Positions 1 to 8,270 of a stretch of DNA of 29,622 nucleotides are shown piece by piece. Every line of letters begins with the position of its first letter. Positions within the stretch are counted from its first letter, which is position 1. The DNA is from a virus (Duplodnaviria > Caudoviricetes). The notes beneath the pieces were generated by a model. The model searched no databases, was not told the DNA's origin, and worked only from the letters and a program-made list of their open reading frames with translations. The stretch is from positions 1 through 29,622 of IMG/VR virus record IMGVR_UViG_3300037461_001297; one strand, 5' to 3'. The translations under genes were made by a program, and so were the position numbers.

Positions 1-783
1 CTTGAGCATCCTCGCCCCGGTCCTCCGGAGCACGTGGTTCGAGACCTCGTCCTCCGGGATCCCCGCGGACCTCGCCGCCGACTTCACGAGCTCGTCGATT
101 GAGGTCGTCTTGTAGGCCCCGAGCCTCCCGTTCCTCTCGTAGATCAGCAGGGCCTCGGGGACCTCCCCGGCCCAGCCCTTCGACCTGGCCCTGGCCACGA
201 CCTCGTCCCTCAGCTCCTGGTGCATGAGGAGTTCCTCCTGCGTGCGTGGATGGAAGGGGATGGTCCGCGGCTTCCCGCCGACCCTGCCCTTCCCCGCGAC
301 CTGGATCGCCCCATGCCTCAGGTCCTGCAGCGACAGCCGCTGGACCTCGCACCGCCTCAGGAGGCAGCAGAGCTCCAGGTGCACGACGATCCTCGCCGTG
401 CCCTGCGCCGCCCTCAGGAGCGCCATGGCCTTCGCCGGCTCGAGCCACTTCACGTTGATCCTCTCGGACTCGGGCCACTCCAGGTCCAGGCGCTCCACGA
501 CGTTGTTCCCGACGGCCTTCGCCAGGAACCTCCCGACGATCGAGAGCTGCGTCCTCGCGACCAGGGGCTCCAGGCCCGCGTAGAGCTCGGTGTAGAGGAA
601 GGTGACCTCCTCCTCGCCGACCCTGCGCGGGAACGTCGCCAGCCCCGCCTCCGCGAGGCCCTCGAACGCCCTCCTGATCACGCGACGGTACTCGACGATC
701 GTCTCCTCGCGCCTCCTCTTTGAGCGCAGATGCGCCGCGTACTCGTTCAGCTTTGCATCGAGGACGTACTGCCACCTCGGCAT
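1..783 (-). CDS. int: Tyrosine recombinase / integrase (3' end outside window)
   Basis: Not in the ORF track because there is no stop in the window. Hand translation from ATG 783 (SD GGTGAGG) gives MPRWQYVLDAKL...LLRRCEVQRL...VAGKGRVGGKPRTIPF...SNHVLRRTGARMLK, containing catalytic R, K and HxLRR. Confidence 0.9.
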   Translation of the reverse strand, partial: MPRWQYVLDAKLNEYAAHLRSKRRREETIVEYRRVIRRAFEGLAEAGLATFPRRVGEEEVTFLYTELYAGLEPLVARTQLSIVGRFLAKAVGNNVVERLDLEWPESERINVKWLEPAKAMALLRAAQGTARIVVHLELCCLLRRCEVQRLSLQDLRHGAIQVAGKGRVGGKPRTIPFHPRTQEELLMHQELRDEVVARARSKGWAGEVPEALLIYERNGRLGAYKTTSIDELVKSAARSAGIPEDEVSNHVLRRTGARMLK

Positions 784-849
784 CGCCCTCACCCCGTGGA
801 AGCGGGGAGCGCCCGCTTATAGGTTCCGCCCGCATGCATCCCTGCCCCC

Positions 850-954
850 CTAGTCGCCCTCGAGGTCCAGCTGCTTGGCGGCCTTCTCCAGGCGCTCCAC
901 CGGCACCTCCGGCCCGCCGTTCACGCTGACGGTCGTCCTCCCCCCTTTAGCCAT
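850..954 (-). CDS. Small hypothetical protein (34 aa, MAKGGRTTVSVNGG...)
   Basis: ATG overlaps the end of the upstream gene, SD-like GAGGGGGTG, GC-rich third positions. Confidence 0.5.
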   Translation of the reverse strand: MAKGGRTTVSVNGGPEVPVERLEKAAKQLDLEGD

Positions 955-1429
955 CCTGGGCCACCCCCTCGGGCTGGGGCAGGAGCGTGCCCCGCACCGC
1001 CTTCTGCCGGGGCTTGGTGAAGCCGGACACCCTGTAGACGCCCTCGCCCTCCCTGGCGCGGGTGACGGCCTCGCAGCTCGTGATGGCGAGCACCAGCCCG
1101 CGGTTCGCCTCGTCGGCGTAGAAGCGGCGGTAGGCGACCTCCCTCGCATGGTGCGACGTCAGCGCCCTCACGTCCTCGTAGATCGGCAGCGAGGGCGGCT
1201 CGAGGGCGCGCTCCACCAGGCCCGCCAGCTTCGGCAGGTTGCCCAGGTCCCCGATGCGCTCGTCCAGCGCCGAGAGCTCGGCGGAGATCTCCTCTAGGAC
1301 CTTGCGCGCCTGCTTGGGGGTGAGCTCGTTCATTTCCCTGGATACGAAGGAGAGGAAGCACACGCCGTCCTCCACCACGCCGCACAGGTACTCGCCCCTG
1401 AGCTCCACCTTGGAGTGCTCGCTGATCAT
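947..1429 (-). CDS. Hypothetical protein (160 aa, MISEHSKVEL...)
   Basis: ATGA overlap with upstream gene, GGAGGGGAGG SD, protein-like composition. Confidence 0.7.
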   Translation of the reverse strand: MISEHSKVELRGEYLCGVVEDGVCFLSFVSREMNELTPKQARKVLEEISAELSALDERIGDLGNLPKLAGLVERALEPPSLPIYEDVRALTSHHAREVAYRRFYADEANRGLVLAITSCEAVTRAREGEGVYRVSGFTKPRQKAVRGTLLPQPEGVAQDG

Positions 1430-1614
1430 GCCCTCCCCTCCCTTTGCGCCCGCCTCTTGGCCCGGTGCGCCTCGCGCGCCTGCATCTTGCTCACGACGAT
1501 CCTGCAGGACGCGCAGTAGACCCTGTTCCTGTTGGCTGTGTCCCACATCGGCGCCTTGCATCGGCCGCACAGCTTGACGCCGTCACCGCAGCGGAACGTG
1601 CCGCCGTTCATCAT
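1426..1614 (-). CDS. Small Zn-finger protein
   Basis: CGRC...YCASC motifs, basic C-terminus, ATGA coupling. Confidence 0.65.
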   Translation of the reverse strand: MMNGGTFRCGDGVKLCGRCKAPMWDTANRNRVYCASCRIVVSKMQAREAHRAKRRAQREGRA

Positions 1615-2171
1615 GCCTTCGCCCCCTGGGGGGCGGGGGGGCTCGCGCGCGGCGGCTTGAGCCCGGCCTTCGTCGCCAGCGTGTCCAGCAGGTCCGAGGC
1701 CTCCGCCAGCGTAAGGTCGCCCGGCTCCAGCAGGTCCCTCGCACGGAGGTAGTCCCTGACGACCTCGCGGTAGCGCCCGTCGCGGTCGGTCCAGCGCAGT
1801 ATCGCCCCGACCTGCGCATCGGATGCCATGCGCACCTTGCCGTCGCGGCCCTCATGGCCCCTGAGGTCGCGCTTGCCCGCGGCCGCTGGCGCAGGCGGTT
1901 GTGCGGAGCTCGCGGCACAAGCGTCCGGCCTGGCCGGCTCGTCCGCCCTCCTGAAGTCGGGGCAGGGCTCCTGGCCCAGCATGTCCATGACCTCCTTCGC
2001 CGTCGATAATAGCCCGTCCCTGCTGGCCTCCACCATCATGCCGCGCAGGATGGCCGCCTGCTCCTCCATGGGCATCTTGCGGATCTCGTCAGGCAGGGCG
2101 CGGTAGCCCCTCGAGAGCACCTGCATGTAGGTCTTGGTCCATTCGTCGTAGACCTGCTCGCGGGAGGGCAT
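1611..2171 (-). CDS. Hypothetical protein (186 aa; two helical regions joined by a Pro/Ala linker)
   Basis: ORF track; tightly packed operon; ASDAQV...LTLAEASDLLDTL C-terminal motif. Confidence 0.75.
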   Translation of the reverse strand: MPSREQVYDEWTKTYMQVLSRGYRALPDEIRKMPMEEQAAILRGMMVEASRDGLLSTAKEVMDMLGQEPCPDFRRADEPARPDACAASSAQPPAPAAAGKRDLRGHEGRDGKVRMASDAQVGAILRWTDRDGRYREVVRDYLRARDLLEPGDLTLAEASDLLDTLATKAGLKPPRASPPAPQGAKA

Positions 2172-2172
2172 C

Positions 2173-2481
2173 TCACGCGCCCCCGTTCGCTGGCGCCGGC
2201 GTGCCGCCCGCCTTCGTGAGGACGCGCCTCGCCTCCTCTACGGCGCGGTCGTTGTCATCGGGGCAGCCCAATGCATCGAAGTAGACCTTCATGCCGCCGC
2301 CCTTGCCAGCCGTCCCGATCTCCACCGAGTCGCGGCGCCTCACCGCGTTCGCAAGCTCGTTCTCCACCGTCTCTAGGCGCAGCAGGAGCTCCCGCAGCGT
2401 CCGCTCGTTGGCCTCGACCGTCGTCAACAGCCAGGCCATGTCCGCGCTGTTCCGCGCGATGTCTTCCGTTGTGGCTCCCAT
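2173..2481 (-). CDS. Hypothetical protein with coiled coil and DSVEIGTAGKGGGMKVYFD motif
   Basis: ORF track; strong GAGGAGG SD. Confidence 0.75.
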   Translation of the reverse strand: MGATTEDIARNSADMAWLLTTVEANERTLRELLLRLETVENELANAVRRRDSVEIGTAGKGGGMKVYFDALGCPDDNDRAVEEARRVLTKAGGTPAPANGGA

Positions 2482-2519
2482 GTTCGTAGGCCTCCTCGCA
2501 TGTGAAGGTTGAGGAGAGG

Positions 2520-3020
2520 GAGGCCGCGCTCGGGCGCCGAAGACGAACTGGATACGGCGCGAAGGAGGGATTCCGCGCCCTGCGCGGCCATGTGATGAAT
2601 GGTGCCAGGATGAGCGAAGGCCACTGGTCCATAGCGGGGCACTTCTAACCCGGACTTTTCACCGCTGGGTTCCATGCTCCGGCTAGCTGAGGTCTGGTTA
2701 GTCCCGGCGTCATACCTTGTTTTTTGTCTCGTTGCCCCCGTACCGGCACAAGGTCCGCTGACGCTTCTGGGCCCTTCTGTTTCGGGAGACACCTCGAACG
2801 GGCATTGACCATACGGCGCCTCAGTCGCGCTCATCCTAGCATTTGGTTGAAGGGAGGGGGGCGCGGGGGCAGCGGGCAAGGGCGCCCCCGAAGGCGGCCG
2901 GGATGGCGAGGCCCCGCCCCCCATGTTGGTGAGTTCCAGGTGGGCCGGGGCAGAATCGAGTCCGCGCGCTCCCATCGGCGCGCATGGTGGGGAAGTCTGG
3001 AGAAGGTCCTCCCCGGCCCA
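2520..3020 (-). other. Stem-loop-rich leader / candidate structured RNA
   Basis: Several inverted repeats, e.g. 2941-2950 with 3011-3020 (perfect 10 bp), 2522-2529 with 2582-2589, 2706-2715 with 2811-2820; the overlapping ORF is Pro/Ser/Gly-rich and not protein-like. Confidence 0.35.
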
Positions 3021-3099
3021 TTGGTTCATTCGGAAATGAGCGTCCAGCGGGGCCTCGAGGTCGCCGGACCAGTCGGGGCGGCGGAGGTAGGCGTAGCGC

Positions 3100-3255
3100 T
3101 CAGGCATCCCTAGACCCCCTCCGATAGTATGCCAGCAATGCCTTGCGGACCGCGTCCGAGCGGCTCTCGGCGCGCCCCTCGCGCACGTCATCGTCGAGGT
3201 GCTGGATGACCTCGGGGGGCAATCTTGCGGGCACCACTTCGCGCTTCATCGCCAT
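3100..3255 (-). CDS. Ribbon-helix-helix (CopG/Arc/MetJ) regulator, 51 aa, Cro-like position
   Basis: Too short for the ORF track; hand translation MAMKREVVPARLPPEVIQHLDDDVREGRAESRSDAVRKALLAYYRRGSRDA has the RHH beta-helix-SRSDAVRKAL pattern. Confidence 0.8.
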   Translation of the reverse strand: MAMKREVVPARLPPEVIQHLDDDVREGRAESRSDAVRKALLAYYRRGSRDA

Positions 3256-3356
3256 GTGTATACACAGGTTGCATATATAATCGTTATCTTGTGATTATCC
3301 TGTCCCTACTAAATTTAATATATGGAGCATCAATAGTGTATACACGTGGGGGTCAC
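3256..3356. promoter_or_regulatory. Divergent promoter region with two palindromic operators GTGTATACAC (3256-3265, 3336-3345) and back-to-back TATA boxes
   Basis: AT-rich island; TTATATATGC on minus (3271-3280) and TTTAATATA on plus (about 3314-3322); identical perfect palindromes 80 bp apart. Confidence 0.8.
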
Positions 3357-3578
3357 ATGGCCCGGAATGACAAGAGCGCGCCGACGGAGACGATAAACAT
3401 ACGCATGCCGAAGGCGCTGCTGGCTGAATTGGACCGGATGGTCCAGGGGGGAGAGACGCCCTACTCCAACAGGTCCGACCTGATCAAGAGCGCGGTCAGG
3501 AAGGAACTCGACGACCTAGAGCGCAGGAAGCGCGATATGATCATAGAGGTCGACGAACGGGGCAGAGAGCTGCGCTGA
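3357..3578 (+). CDS. Ribbon-helix-helix repressor (73 aa)
   Basis: TINIRMPKALLAELDRMV...YSNRSDLIKSAVRKEL; ATG 3357 follows GGGGGT SD. Confidence 0.88.
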   Translation: MARNDKSAPTETINIRMPKALLAELDRMVQGGETPYSNRSDLIKSAVRKELDDLERRKRDMIIEVDERGRELR

Positions 3579-3672
3579 TGTCTCGCGAGGCGCGCTTCAG
3601 GGCGCGCCTCACTATTTCTTTTTGAACATCATCCAGCTCCTCCTCGAGCGTCAGTCTCAGAGTGAATTTCAA
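3541..3672 (-). CDS. Possible 43-aa protein convergent with the RHH repressor
   Basis: TTG start after GGGGGAG; MKFTLRLTLEEELDDVQKEIVRRALKRASRDISAALCPVRRPL reads as strand plus amphipathic helix. Confidence 0.35.
   Translation of the reverse strand: MKFTLRLTLEEELDDVQKEIVRRALKRASRDISAALCPVRRPL
3587..3623 (+). terminator. Hairpin plus T-tract downstream of the RHH repressor
   Basis: GAGGCGCGC-ttcagg-GCGCGCCTC (9-bp stem) followed by ACTATTTCTTTTT. Confidence 0.55.
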
Positions 3673-3823
3673 GATTTTTCAACTCCCCCTCGCCCTTCAG
3701 GGCGCCGCGGCGCCGATGCGTGTCGGGGCGCGATAGTAATATGTTCGCAGGATTTAAGCCCGTTATGATAAGGTATCCGAAAGTCATATACGCATCCCCT
3801 GCGATGTTTATTTTGGGGAGGAC

Positions 3824-4255
3824 ATGGGCATCTCAAAAATGGCTGGGCGGTTGTCGGCGCTCGCGGTCGTGCTCCTGGTCGTGGCCATCGGCGTTGTGGC
3901 CGTGGCCGTGCTGCTGCTGCTTGACGAAGGGCTGCTCGGGGAGGAGGAGCGCGTCGATACCGTCATCGTAACCGTGCAGAACTACGGCGATGGGGCATGG
4001 GTGAGTGGCGTGTCGAACCAGTTCGACGCCACGAGCTACAGCGGCGCGGGCGGCTCCTATACTGTTGAACTCCACCGCCCCGCAGGGCAGCAGGGCGATT
4101 GGGTCGTCGCCGCCAACGTGCTCAAGACGACGGGCGATGGCTCCAAGGTGTCGCTCAGGATCACGCTGGAGGACGGCACCGTGCTCAAGGAGGGCTCGAC
4201 CACTGCGCCCTATGGCATGGTGCAATTGTCGCTTAACGTCGACGAGCCCTCCTAG
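3824..4255 (+). CDS. Membrane-anchored protein with extracellular beta-rich domain
   Basis: N-terminal hydrophobic segment LSALAVVLLVVAIGVVAVAVLLLL; C-terminal EGSTTAPYGMVQLS; AT-rich upstream region; start could be 3839. Confidence 0.8.
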   Translation: MGISKMAGRLSALAVVLLVVAIGVVAVAVLLLLDEGLLGEEERVDTVIVTVQNYGDGAWVSGVSNQFDATSYSGAGGSYTVELHRPAGQQGDWVVAANVLKTTGDGSKVSLRITLEDGTVLKEGSTTAPYGMVQLSLNVDEPS

Positions 4256-4713
4256 GCACCATCGTCCTCGAAGGTTATCGTCCAGTAGACCTGCACCCAG
4301 GTGGTAGCGGTCTTGTCGATTGTAGAGAATGTAGCGCGGCAGAACATCGTCCCCCCAACATCGGCGGTGAACAGCCCGGCCTCCTTGAGGTCGCCCATGT
4401 CCCCGTCCCCGTCGTCGAGGTAATGGTCAAAGACGAGCTGACCGGCGGACTTGTTGACGGAGTCGTAGGCGAAGCGCGAGCCCGTCTGTGACTCCAGCTC
4501 CGTCTGGCCGGCGGCGGCCGCGGTCGAGTCCGAGCCGTAGGCGATATGGGTGATGACGTCGGAGGAGTCCCCGCACAGCAGGTCGCGCAGCAGGTCCAGC
4601 CCCGCGTCGACGACCAGGTTGTGCTTGTAGATCATATGCACATCGCCCTTCAGTCTGTCCCCGTAGACCAGGAGCAGGTTGGCCCTGATCCCGATGCCTT
4701 CGCGCGTCCTCAT
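4252..4713 (-). CDS. Tail-tip / baseplate-associated protein (153 aa)
   Basis: HNLVVDAGLDLLRDLL...ITHIAYGSDSTAA...LKEAGLF...TMFCR...WTITF pattern typical of phage tail proteins; ATGA coupling. Confidence 0.75.
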   Translation of the reverse strand: MRTREGIGIRANLLLVYGDRLKGDVHMIYKHNLVVDAGLDLLRDLLCGDSSDVITHIAYGSDSTAAAAGQTELESQTGSRFAYDSVNKSAGQLVFDHYLDDGDGDMGDLKEAGLFTADVGGTMFCRATFSTIDKTATTWVQVYWTITFEDDGA

Positions 4714-6704
4714 GGTATCAGCCCCGAAGTTATCTCCAGCGTGTCGCTCACCCGTACGCCGTCCCGTCTCCCGATGGCCGCCGCTGGCAGCACCCACTCG
4801 ATGAGCGGGTCCCTGAAATTCCCCTTGCTCTCGATGACGTCGCCCAGGAGCGAGTCGAAGCCCTGCGCCTTGGTGCATGATGTCGCCTCGACCTCGTACC
4901 ATCTGTCATGCTGGCCCTCGAGACGGAATTCCACGCGGGTGATGAGGAAGTCTTGGTCCAGGCCGTAGTCGTCATGCGTGATATGCTGGCGCATCCCCGG
5001 CCTCAGGCCGTCCTCCCGCGTCTCATAGACGACCTCCTTGCCCGAGCTCACGGCCTCGGCGAGCATGCCCGTCACGAGCCATACAGCATGCTGATAGCTG
5101 CGGACGGTCGGGAGATCCTCGAAGTGCTCGTGGATGCCGGAGCTCCCCTCCGCCGATGCGCGCGCCGCGATCTCGTCGTCGTCCTGCGCCGTTATGATGG
5201 CATTGAACTCGGCCCCGTCCGCGTCCTGCACCTTGGCGCGGGCGTATATCTTGTTGAAGTAGCGCCCCTTCGTGTCGTTGACGTGGATGCTGATGTATTT
5301 TAGCTCGGCCGCGTCGTCGTCGATGTCGAAGGGAGCGGCCGCGAGCCCGTAGGGCTCGAAGCGCAGCTCCTGGTAGGGGTCGACCGTCCAGACGTATGAC
5401 GATGCGCCCTTCACGAGCTCGTCGAGCATCTTCTTTATGGTCGTGAAGTTGAGCCGCATGCGCGACATGACCGGGCCGGCCGAGACGGTCCGGCAGCCGA
5501 TCTCATCGTCCTCGCAGAAGCGCGGCACCCAATGCTGGATTATCTGCCCGCAGGTCATGGCGGAGACGTCGGCCACCACCACCAGCTCGTCGAACCGGCC
5601 CGAGAGGTCGACGCAGTCGACGGTCTGCTGATAGGCATCAGGGGAGATTTTCTCCAGCTTGACGTCCTCGATGCGGCCGGTGAAGTGGCGCCAGTCCAGC
5701 GTCTGATACTCCGATGTCCCGGTCCCGTCGAAAGTGCCCGTCCAGTCCTTGGTGGCCACCCCCCAGCCAGGAGCTCCGCCCGAAGTGCCCGCCGTGATCG
5801 TGCCGTCATGCGCCCCGACCGTCTCGTCGTCGAGCGTGGTCCCGCTGCCCTCGTCGAACTTCCAGTAGCCTATGAGGTCGCTCTCGCTCCCAGCGAGGTA
5901 GTCGTGCATGTCCCCCTGGATGTCTCCTTCGCTGCGCTCGACCTGCCACAGGCGCACGTCCGCCAGGTAGCTCTCGACGAAGGGCTGCACCTCGTGCTGC
6001 GCCTTCCATCCCATGTAATCAGGGAGCGCGCCGTTGGTGACCAGCCGCCCGAAGACTGTGTGGCTGGAGCGCAGCTCGCCATTCACGTAGAGCTTGAACG
6101 CGGTGGACGTGGTGCCGTCGTCATAGGACCAGGTGACACTGAGGCGGTACGGGCTGGCGTCCTCGATGACCGGGAAGCCCACGGCCGACGTCAAGGTGTA
6201 GCTGGACGAGTCCGTCGCGCATGTCACCCGGAAGTACAGCCCCTCGTCGCCGTCGTTGTACTTGAGATAGAATATCAGGTTATCGGCCGCCCCAGAGCCG
6301 TAGCTGCTCATGCGCGCGATCTCGGTGGCCACCCCGGACGTCTTGAGCAGGCCCTTGACCACCTCGGTGCCCGAGTTGATCATGAACATGAGCTCGAAGG
6401 TCCCGTCCTCGAGCTCGTTGGCGGGGAAGCCTATGTCGTCCACCTCGGCGTACCCGTCATGCTGCAAGTACCATATCAGCCCCGGCGCTCCATATGAACC
6501 GTAGACATTGGAGACGAGCACGCTCTCGCTGATGGCATCGTCGTAGACCTGCACGGTCTGCCCCTTGGAGAAGCGCGTCAGCGAGCCCAATGCCCCCCTC
6601 TCCGAGAACTTCGCCGTCGACCGCCCCTTCAAGACGCTGCTCACCCGTAGCGAGTCGGGGCGCACGCCGTACGCGCTCCCAGCGACCTTGACCTTCAGCG
6701 CCAT
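4710..6704 (-). CDS. Tail hub-like protein with inserted LamG/concanavalin-A-like domain (664 aa)
   Basis: Directly follows the TMP; FKLYVNGEL...ADVRLWQVERS...LIGYWKFDEGSGTT is LamG-like; C-terminal GLRPGMRQHIT...FLITRVEF is hub-like. Confidence 0.75.
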   Translation of the reverse strand: MALKVKVAGSAYGVRPDSLRVSSVLKGRSTAKFSERGALGSLTRFSKGQTVQVYDDAISESVLVSNVYGSYGAPGLIWYLQHDGYAEVDDIGFPANELEDGTFELMFMINSGTEVVKGLLKTSGVATEIARMSSYGSGAADNLIFYLKYNDGDEGLYFRVTCATDSSSYTLTSAVGFPVIEDASPYRLSVTWSYDDGTTSTAFKLYVNGELRSSHTVFGRLVTNGALPDYMGWKAQHEVQPFVESYLADVRLWQVERSEGDIQGDMHDYLAGSESDLIGYWKFDEGSGTTLDDETVGAHDGTITAGTSGGAPGWGVATKDWTGTFDGTGTSEYQTLDWRHFTGRIEDVKLEKISPDAYQQTVDCVDLSGRFDELVVVADVSAMTCGQIIQHWVPRFCEDDEIGCRTVSAGPVMSRMRLNFTTIKKMLDELVKGASSYVWTVDPYQELRFEPYGLAAAPFDIDDDAAELKYISIHVNDTKGRYFNKIYARAKVQDADGAEFNAIITAQDDDEIAARASAEGSSGIHEHFEDLPTVRSYQHAVWLVTGMLAEAVSSGKEVVYETREDGLRPGMRQHITHDDYGLDQDFLITRVEFRLEGQHDRWYEVEATSCTKAQGFDSLLGDVIESKGNFRDPLIEWVLPAAAIGRRDGVRVSDTLEITSGLIP

Positions 6705-7913
6705 CTAGCGCCATCCTCCCTCGTTCCTGAGCTTCCGCACGATCTCGTCCACCACCAGGTCGACGTCGCGCGCCCCGTTCACGTTGAATATGACCGTGCC
6801 CCCTCCACCGAGCTCGCCCATGCGCGATTGCGGGATGATCAGCTCGGGCTCGCGCTCGGCGACGTATGCGAGCTGGGGGGACATGGCCCACCCGCCCGAG
6901 GCGAACGACCCCGGCTCCTGCCAGTTGCCATGCTGGTCCTTCACCAGGCCGCGCGCCAGCATCTCCCGGTCGTAATCGGAGAGCTCGCCGGAGGAGGAAC
7001 TCGAGCCCCCCGAGGCTCCCGCCTGCAGCGCCGCGCTGTTGGCGTCGACGTTCGTCTGCGGCTCGGCCGGCGCGCCGTACTGCGATGACAGCAGATAGAC
7101 CGCCGCCGCCGCGGCCGTGGCGACCGCGACCAGGGCGATGCCCACGCCCGTCAGGCTCAGGCCGAAGGCGCTGGCCGCGTTGAGTATCCATTGCGCCGAG
7201 GCCGCCGCGATGAGTCCCCCGGCCAGCAGCGAGAGCATCAGGCGGGTCTCCTGGCTCTTGGCGTTGAAGGCCATGAATATGACCCCCACCGCCGCCAGGC
7301 CTGCGCCCCAGGAGACGAGCGACATGCGGCTCCCGCTGAGGCCGTCCTTGATGCCTCCCAGCGTCTTGGCGACGTCGAGGCCCTGCAGCTGCTTCCACGT
7401 CCGCGACATCCCGTCGATGCCGGAGATGACGCTGGGGATGATGGTCAGCCCCGCGGTCATCATGGAGTCGTTGAGGTTGCCCTGGGTGATCTCGGCCTTT
7501 TCCTTGGCCAGGCGCTCCGTCTCCTCGGCGAGGCGCAGACGCTCCATGGCCATGACCGCCTGGTCGCTCCCCGGGCCGTAGTCGGCGACGGCGGTGTTGA
7601 GCGCTTCCTGCGCCTTCTTGGTCTCCTGCGTGGCCTTGTCCGCGGCCAGGTTCGCCTTCTCCACTGCGTACTGCTTCTTCTCGATGTTGTCGAACGACTG
7701 ATAAAGCGAGAACGCGCTCGTCGCCGTCTGCGACATTCCCAGCGCCACGCCCTTGAGCGAGCCCTCCATCGACCGGCCCGCCGAGCTCACCTTGCCCGCG
7801 GCCTTCTCCGCCTCGGTGCCCACGCCCTGCAGCTGGCCCTTGACCTCGGCCAGCCCCGTCGCCACGCCCTCGCCGTTGACGTCTACCTTGATGTTGATGC
7901 CTGGCAGCTCCAT
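6705..7913 (-). CDS. Tape measure protein (short, 402 aa)
   Basis: Ala/Gly-rich helical sequence, hydrophobic segments, C-terminal FASGG...VAEREPELIIP motif; located after the chaperone genes. Confidence 0.85.
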   Translation of the reverse strand: MELPGINIKVDVNGEGVATGLAEVKGQLQGVGTEAEKAAGKVSSAGRSMEGSLKGVALGMSQTATSAFSLYQSFDNIEKKQYAVEKANLAADKATQETKKAQEALNTAVADYGPGSDQAVMAMERLRLAEETERLAKEKAEITQGNLNDSMMTAGLTIIPSVISGIDGMSRTWKQLQGLDVAKTLGGIKDGLSGSRMSLVSWGAGLAAVGVIFMAFNAKSQETRLMLSLLAGGLIAAASAQWILNAASAFGLSLTGVGIALVAVATAAAAAVYLLSSQYGAPAEPQTNVDANSAALQAGASGGSSSSSGELSDYDREMLARGLVKDQHGNWQEPGSFASGGWAMSPQLAYVAEREPELIIPQSRMGELGGGGTVIFNVNGARDVDLVVDEIVRKLRNEGGWR

Positions 7914-8270
7914 CTATCTCGCCTCCGCTCGGCGGTCCTCGCCGGTGAGCGCGGCGTGCAGCGCGAGGACCCTGCGCTGCATCTCCTCCGCGCTCATCCT
8001 GCGGCCCCGCCCCGATTCCTTCGCGTACCTGGGCATGAAGTCCTCGGCCCTGAACGGGCGGCCGCTCTTGCCCTTGTGCGCGTTCGCCACGACGCAGGCG
8101 ACGATGGCGGCCCGGCGGTCGAGGCGGCGCTCGCGCTCCTCCCACCTATCCAGCATGGAGGCCCAGCGCCTGGGTGCCGTCGCCCTCACCTCCTCTTCGT
8201 CCATGCCGAGCTCGACCCGGCCGAAGGAGAATATCCATTCCCAATCGGTCGGCGTCCTCAGTTTTTTCCC
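7914..8270 (-). CDS. Tail assembly chaperone C-terminal extension (gpT-like), reached by -1 frameshift
   Basis: The -1 frame opens at GGG AAA AAA CTG; RRAAIVACVVANAHKGKSGRPFRAEDFMP is a gpT-like motif. Confidence 0.7.
   Translation of the reverse strand, partial: GKKLRTPTDWEWIFSFGRVELGMDEEEVRATAPRRWASMLDRWEERERRLDRRAAIVACVVANAHKGKSGRPFRAEDFMPRYAKESGRGRRMSAEEMQRRVLALHAALTGEDRRAEAR

Noticed and set aside
220-723. Plus-strand ORFs at the left edge
   Set aside because: They overlap the minus-strand integrase, which has convincing catalytic motifs
2625-2675. Cobalamin-riboswitch-like string GGAACCC...GGTGAAAAGTCC...GCCCCGCTA on the minus strand
   Set aside because: Lacks the GCCACTG/ACTGT core and B12 box, spacing is off and there is no relevant downstream gene; kept only as part of the structured-leader finding
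2938-3020. Bona fide tRNA gene
   Set aside because: No canonical D-arm, 7-nt anticodon loop or GTTCRA; only tRNA-like
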